A DNA stretch of 19,616 nucleotides, from positions 1 to 19,616 of the forward strand of contig CATMOE010000062.1 in the NCBI GenBank assembly GCA_950072105.1, in the 5' to 3' direction. Both the position numbers and the translations under genes were made by a program. Shown here one piece after another: positions 15,068 through 19,616 of the stretch. The stretch comes from an uncultured Dehalococcoidia bacterium. GTDB lineage: Bacteria > Chloroflexota > Dehalococcoidia > Lucifugimonadales > UBA3495. The notes under the pieces are model-generated. The model was not told the origin of the DNA, ran no database searches, and saw nothing but the letters and a program-made list of their open reading frames with translations. Every line of letters begins with the position of its first letter. Position 1 is the stretch's first letter.

Positions 15068-15642
15068 TCAGGCGGATTCTGGCTGGACCATCCCCAAGTC
15101 GCCGTCGTCGCGCCGGTAAAGCAGACTATACTCGTGGGACTCAGTGTTCATAAACATGAAGAACTTATGGCCCAGAAGTTGCATCTGGAAGGCTGCTTTC
15201 TCCACCGTCATGGGTTCATCTGAAATCGTTTGACTCTTACCAGATTGCCGGCGCTTAATACTTCGCTTCCGTCGTAAGCCGGGACTCGGGAATCGTCCTC
15301 GGCCTGCTGGGCCCCCAGCGGGACGACCTGCCTGGCTCTCTCGCTGCGGTAGGTCAGGCTCTTGTAACGCTCGATTCTTCTATCCAGAACTCCGGCCACC
15401 AGATTGACTGCCTCTATGGCGTTTGCCGCCCGTTGCTCAGCCCGGAGCAATGAGCCGCCCACGTTCAATGTCACCTGGACCGTCATGCGGTCGTCTTGGG
15501 AGCGGGTCGGCTGGGAGGACAACTCCACCTGCACACTGGATATAGCTGGGAGATGCCGGATGAGGCCGCCAAATTTCCGTTCGATATGTGCCCGGAGTTG
15601 TTTATTTACGTCGACGTTGTTCGCATTTATGTTCAATTCCAA
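15068..15642 (-). pseudogene. hpf: Long-form ribosome hibernation promoting factor (HPF/RaiA), split by a 1-nt frameshift near 15211-15216
   Basis: The S30AE N-domain ORF 15642-15208 ends KRFQMNP*. The -1 frame continues MTVEKAAFQMQLLGHKFFMFMNTESHEYSLLYRRDDGDLGMVQPESA* (15211-15068), the typical long-HPF C-terminal domain. May be a sequencing error in an intact gene. Confidence 0.85.
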
Positions 15643-15692
15643 AACACTGTGCCTCCCGGGAAATCTAGGGCCAATCGCTATCCCCTACATCT

Positions 15693-15722
15693 AGTCTAAG
15701 CTCGGTTTGAGCGTTAAATCAA
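15693..15722 (-). promoter_or_regulatory. Putative promoter of hpf
   Basis: Minus strand TTGATT-N18-TAGACT, about 50 nt upstream of the TTG start. Confidence 0.4.
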
Positions 15723-15942
15723 GGATTCTTCCGGGAGTTACGTTCGGTGTCCGGTTGAGGCTCTCCCCGCAGACCGGCGCTAGGGCGAAACGTTTGGCCC
15801 GGAAGGCTACTATTCGAACCGGCGCAGGGGCATTAAGCGGCAACTTTGGCGGTGTGGTTTTCCATAGATAAAGAATAAGACACGATCGCTCTTGATTCGG
15901 TGGGGTTGAGGGAGAACCTAGGCAACTAACTAGCGGGGGTCA

Positions 15943-15973
15943 ACTCACCCTTGGCCGCTTTCCAAGGGTGAGT
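15943..15973. terminator. Strong hairpin downstream of the DUF429 gene
   Basis: ACTCACCCTTGG-CCGCTTT-CCAAGGGTGAGT, perfect 12-bp stem, 20 nt after the stop; no clear U-tract. Confidence 0.55.
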
Positions 15974-15992
15974 CATGTTAGTGGGGCGGAAT

Positions 15993-16628
15993 TCAGCGGG
16001 GCAGGCGAGGCAGAACCAACCACCCTTCTTCACCGGTGCCCAACATATCGGTTTTCTCCTGGAAGTGGAGCAGGGCGGTGTAGGCGTTTATAACCGCGTC
16101 GCAGGTATTTCGGTCCAACTCGTCCACGTGTTTGTCCAGGCCCTTCACCAAAGGTGTGAGGTTGTCTTTCATGAAAGGCAAACTGCCGGGGCTGCTTTTC
16201 GGAGGCACTTTGTCGCCGAAGAGGATCGTCTTGGTGGCGTGGGGATAAACCTCAATCACTGTATGACCCTGTTCGGTTAATTTACGGCTGATGTCGATGC
16301 CCCGGTAGATCAATGTGCGGATGATCGAGCGCTTGTTTGTGAAGAAGCAGCTTATGCCCATGCGGGAAAGCTCCAATTCCGCCTGACGGCCCTTCTTCTG
16401 GGGAGTTATGGTTTGGCAGGAGCAGGTGGTTTCCAAACAGCATAGACCGGTGGGCAGACTCAGCGGGGCCCCAATGGCGATCAAGCTGGGTTTGTGGGTT
16501 TCCCCCATTTGCAAAAGCTCGCTGTCGTCGCTGAAGCTACTGAGGAATGACAGGTGTGCCCCGTCATCCAAGGCTACTACCGAACTGGGACGCTTTGGCG
16601 AGGCTCTGAGATCAACACCAAATATCAT
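15993..16628 (-). CDS. DUF429 family protein (predicted RNase H-like nuclease fold)
   Basis: IFGVDL, IAIGAPLSLP, RQAELEL, VIEVYPHAT, DAVINAYTA, EEGWLVLP. Confidence 0.8.
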   Translation of the reverse strand: MIFGVDLRASPKRPSSVVALDDGAHLSFLSSFSDDSELLQMGETHKPSLIAIGAPLSLPTGLCCLETTCSCQTITPQKKGRQAELELSRMGISCFFTNKRSIIRTLIYRGIDISRKLTEQGHTVIEVYPHATKTILFGDKVPPKSSPGSLPFMKDNLTPLVKGLDKHVDELDRNTCDAVINAYTALLHFQEKTDMLGTGEEGWLVLPRLPR

Positions 16629-16740
16629 GTCAAAACTCCGAAGGTGAGACCGATTAATTATCGCAGTTCTCCAGAAGGAGACAGCGAGGGTATCTCACCA
16701 GATTTCACGGTTTTATCCGGGAAGCCGGACGCCGGGAAGT

Positions 16741-17721
16741 CTAATCTTCCTTGGTAAATAAAGAGCCGAGCAATCCAGCTGGTCCGTTGAACTTGGCCAG
16801 GAAGTCTATTGCTGAAGAAAACGGTTCCGCTTCTTTGCCGGCCACTTTCTCCAACATCGCAATCAAGGTTGGGTCACCCTCGACTAAGGCTTTCAATCTG
16901 CGTCCCACCTCCTCCTCCACCGCCTCCAGAAATTCTTGCTTGCGCCGCTGGGCTCGAAGTTCGACCAGTTTCGCGGAGGATGCCAGATAATCCCGATGCT
17001 CTTGAACTTTAGACCAGAGCGCTTCCATGCCTTCACCGGAGAGGGCCTGGGTCTTTAATATGGGAGGGTCCCAGTCTCGATGGGAAGAGTCCAACCCCAG
17101 GTTTGCTCTTATTGCGGCCGCCATTTGATCGGCACCATCACGGTCCGACTTGTTAACCACGTAGATGTCGGCGATTTCCATGATGCCAGCTTTTAGGGTC
17201 TGAATGGCGTCGCCAGATTCGGGCATCATCGTCACCAAGACGGTATCGGCAACCTCCATGATGCCGAGCTCCGACTGCCCGACGCCCACAGTTTCCACCA
17301 GTACCACGTCCGTCCCCCAGGCGTCCAAGAGCCGTACCATCCCCTTGACGATTCTGGGCACTCCCCCTGTGTGCCCACGGGTTGCCACGCTACGGATGAA
17401 GACTCCGTCATCCAGGTAATGGCGCTGCATTCGTATGCGGTCCCCGAGGATAGCTCCGCCGGTGAAAGGGCTCGTGGGGTCTACCCCGATTATGCCGACC
17501 TTTAACCCTTCTTGCCGCAGCAACTGGGTGAGCCGGTCGACCATCGTGCTTTTGCCGGCCCCAGGTGGGCCTGTGATCCCCACGGTATAGGAGCCACCCG
17601 TGTGGTGGTCAATGGCCTTGAGCACCTGGGCAGCTTCCGGGGCGCCCCTTTCTAGTTGGGAGATTACTCGGGAGAGTATGCGCCTGTCGCCCGCCAATAA
17701 CTGTTCTGAGATTTCTGTCAT
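16741..17721 (-). CDS. meaB: Methylmalonyl-CoA mutase-associated GTPase MeaB (ArgK/LAO family)
   Basis: GITGPPGAGKST, VDPTSPFTGGAILGDRIRM, ETVGVGQSE, GDAIQTLKAGIMEIAD, NKSD. ATG 17721 or TTG 17742 start. Confidence 0.93.
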   Translation of the reverse strand: MTEISEQLLAGDRRILSRVISQLERGAPEAAQVLKAIDHHTGGSYTVGITGPPGAGKSTMVDRLTQLLRQEGLKVGIIGVDPTSPFTGGAILGDRIRMQRHYLDDGVFIRSVATRGHTGGVPRIVKGMVRLLDAWGTDVVLVETVGVGQSELGIMEVADTVLVTMMPESGDAIQTLKAGIMEIADIYVVNKSDRDGADQMAAAIRANLGLDSSHRDWDPPILKTQALSGEGMEALWSKVQEHRDYLASSAKLVELRAQRRKQEFLEAVEEEVGRRLKALVEGDPTLIAMLEKVAGKEAEPFSSAIDFLAKFNGPAGLLGSLFTKED

Positions 17722-17781
17722 CGGCAGGTACTCCGGAGCCAACCAATCGGCTGGTGAACCGGGGTATTGGAGCCTGCGTGG

Positions 17782-17810
17782 ACTCTAGCATCCAGCCATA
17801 GTGCCGTCAA
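17782..17810 (-). promoter_or_regulatory. Putative sigma70 promoter of meaB
   Basis: Minus strand TTGACG-N17-TAGAGT with an extended -10 TG. Confidence 0.6.
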
Positions 17811-18077
17811 TAGAATGAGTAGGCCTGGATAAGTATCCATAAAGGGTGGATAACTCATTATGGCGGTGGGCATTCGCTGGGCCCCTAATGTGAACGTTAG
17901 CCAGATTGCGTAAGGTACGTCACTATTGCAAGCGTAACCGTTTAGGCAGCATCAAGATGATATTCAAAACTTGCCGTGTGAGACGTGAAAACTATCTCTA
18001 ATCAGAATAATCCCGGTGGCGGGGAGAAAAGCCTCGGGCGCGGCGGTCCTATCCGGAGAGCCATGGCAAATAATGGG

Positions 18078-19616
18078 TCAGTGATGAGTGCCTTGGAAGC
18101 CGAATCCTTTGGCGTCCGCGGCGATAAGCAGCTCAGGACGGTTACCCCACCTTCGAAGGAAGCGCCCAAAGTTCTTTCGGCTCAGCTCATCCCGCTGATT
18201 CTCGTCCAGTTCGGTCCATTGCCGATGCTCGTGCCGGACAAAGGGCAGGGAGCCGTCCGAGACGATGCGATATCCCTTGTCTTTGAACTGGAAACAGTAG
18301 TCTATATCCAAGTTACGGTAGAAGCGGAAGCACTCCCGCATCAGTCCAACGGTAGACACTAATTCCCGCCGGAACGTCATGCAGTAGGCTTGCATGGCGT
18401 CGGCTTCCCCTTCCTCCACCTCTTCATGAAAGTGCTGTAGGTCATCCGTGGACAAGCCATAGGGTCCGAAGATGCCGATCGACTCTTCGGCCAGCCGTTG
18501 CCCGATGGGGTCGAGGATGTTGCCGACGATCTCGGTCGAGCCGTCCAACATGATTATGTTTCGGCCTAGACTTTGCTTGAGAGCGATATTCTTCCCCGCG
18601 GCGTCTCCCACGTTGTGGTCGCAGTGGATCACCCGCAAAGTGTCGTGGGAGGATTGGAATTCCTCTAGCCATTCGGCCGTGCCGTCGGTGGACCCGTTGT
18701 CCACGACGATTATCTCGCTGGAGTAGTCTCCCGAGTACTTGAGCATGCTGCTGACGCAACGCTCCACGTCTCCCGGATGGCCGTATGCGTTGAGAACGAA
18801 GGAAAAGTCGTATTTGTCGGGCTGATCCAGAAGCGACTCCACTTCACGGGAGGACGAGACTGAGGCCCAACGCTCTCGTTGCTGTTCCAAGGGTGTCTTG
18901 GGGCGGATACGCGCTTCTTCCAGGGTGTCTTCCAGCAGGAACCCCTTGGAGAGAATGTCGGCGCGCAGGGCGTCGGCGGCCGTGTAATCGGCCTCCTGGC
19001 GCAGGCTGCCCCGCTGGCCCACCGAGGCGGCTACCGGTTCAGGCACGGCGTATTCCACCGGTACTTGATCCAGGTCAAGGCCGTAGATGCTGTCGTACTC
19101 CAACAGCAGCGCTAACTTGGCTTGTCCGGGAAGGCTGGAGCGCACCATGTCCCATGTTTGTGCCAGCGCCGCCGGCATGTCCAGATCGTTTTCCACCGCG
19201 GACCAGAATTTCTGGCGCCACTCGTCTGTCTCGGGAGGAAGCTCGTCCAGCGGGGGCAACCCCTTCCAAACCCAGATACGGTGGCGGAGGTTGGTCAGCG
19301 CTTTTTCGGCGGCCTTTAGCGAGGTAAAGGTGAAGTTCATCCGGTGGCGGTAGCGAATCGTCAGGCAGAGGTAGCGGAAGGACAGGGGAGCGAACCCCCG
19401 GGAGATCAGTTCATCAAGAAGGAATACGTTGCCCGAAGATTTGGCCATCTTGGCCCCGTCGGCCAGCAGGTGTTGGGCGTGGACCCAATATCGCACGTGA
19501 GGCTTGCCGAAGGCGGCCTCGCTCTGGGCGATCTCGTCCTCATGGTGGGGGAATATGTTGTCCACTCCCCCGGTGTGGATGTCGAATTCTTGGCCCAGAT
19601 ATTTTTCGGCCATGGC
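18078..19616 (-). CDS. cysS: Cysteinyl-tRNA synthetase (C-terminal half, 5' end outside window) fused to a C-terminal GT2 (GT-A fold) glycosyltransferase domain
   Basis: DIHTGGVDNIFPHHEDEIAQ, KMAKS (KMSKS variant, 19437-19451), NDLDMPAAL, ADALRAD...GFLLED anticodon domain; then in frame EIIVVDNGSTDGT, NVGDAAGKN, IIMLDGSTE, DIDYCFQFKDKGY, VRHEH. Confidence 0.88.
   Translation of the reverse strand, partial: AMAEKYLGQEFDIHTGGVDNIFPHHEDEIAQSEAAFGKPHVRYWVHAQHLLADGAKMAKSSGNVFLLDELISRGFAPLSFRYLCLTIRYRHRMNFTFTSLKAAEKALTNLRHRIWVWKGLPPLDELPPETDEWRQKFWSAVENDLDMPAALAQTWDMVRSSLPGQAKLALLLEYDSIYGLDLDQVPVEYAVPEPVAASVGQRGSLRQEADYTAADALRADILSKGFLLEDTLEEARIRPKTPLEQQRERWASVSSSREVESLLDQPDKYDFSFVLNAYGHPGDVERCVSSMLKYSGDYSSEIIVVDNGSTDGTAEWLEEFQSSHDTLRVIHCDHNVGDAAGKNIALKQSLGRNIIMLDGSTEIVGNILDPIGQRLAEESIGIFGPYGLSTDDLQHFHEEVEEGEADAMQAYCMTFRRELVSTVGLMRECFRFYRNLDIDYCFQFKDKGYRIVSDGSLPFVRHEHRQWTELDENQRDELSRKNFGRFLRRWGNRPELLIAADAKGFGFQGTHH

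Noticed and set aside
15723..15942. Possible raiA-motif RNA, 6S RNA or riboswitch upstream of hpf
   Set aside because: I could not match conserved segments on either strand; only a short ACCGGCGC direct repeat and weak stems. An Rfam/Infernal scan would settle it.
16741..17721. meaB without an adjacent B12 mutase
   Set aside because: Unlinked meaB genes are common, so the mutase is probably elsewhere in the genome.
1..19616. CRISPR array, tRNA/rRNA, prophage or intact IS element
   Set aside because: No regularly spaced repeats, cloverleaf, rRNA-like sequence, phage genes or complete transposase seen.

Overview
GC-rich bacterial chromosomal window. Gene content and sequence style suggest Chloroflexota/Dehalococcoidia, possibly SAR202 (inference). 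Left to right: two tandem family III CoA-transferases (BbsE/BbsF-like pair) and a crotonase; a truncated REP-associated tyrosine transposase (RAYT) ending at a perfect REP palindrome; tenA; two recently duplicated FMN-dependent alpha-hydroxy-acid oxidases with altered substrate-binding residues; a FadR-regulated three-subunit 2-oxoacid:ferredoxin oxidoreductase with the hallmarks of CoA-independent oxalate oxidoreductase but a remodelled active site; a geranylgeranyl-reductase-family flavoprotein; nfeD plus an SPFH gene lacking its N-terminal membrane anchor; a frameshifted long HPF gene; DUF429; meaB; and, running off the right edge, a cysteinyl-tRNA synthetase fused to a GT2 glycosyltransferase domain. 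The intergenic DNA holds five REP-like palindromes, three AGCNNTC heptamer arrays, several near-consensus sigma70 promoters and a FadR/PdhR-type operator. The best candidates for undescribed biology are the CysRS-GT2 fusion and the oxalate-oxidoreductase-like / hydroxy-acid-oxidase module. Comparisons to reference proteins are from memory and need confirming by alignment.
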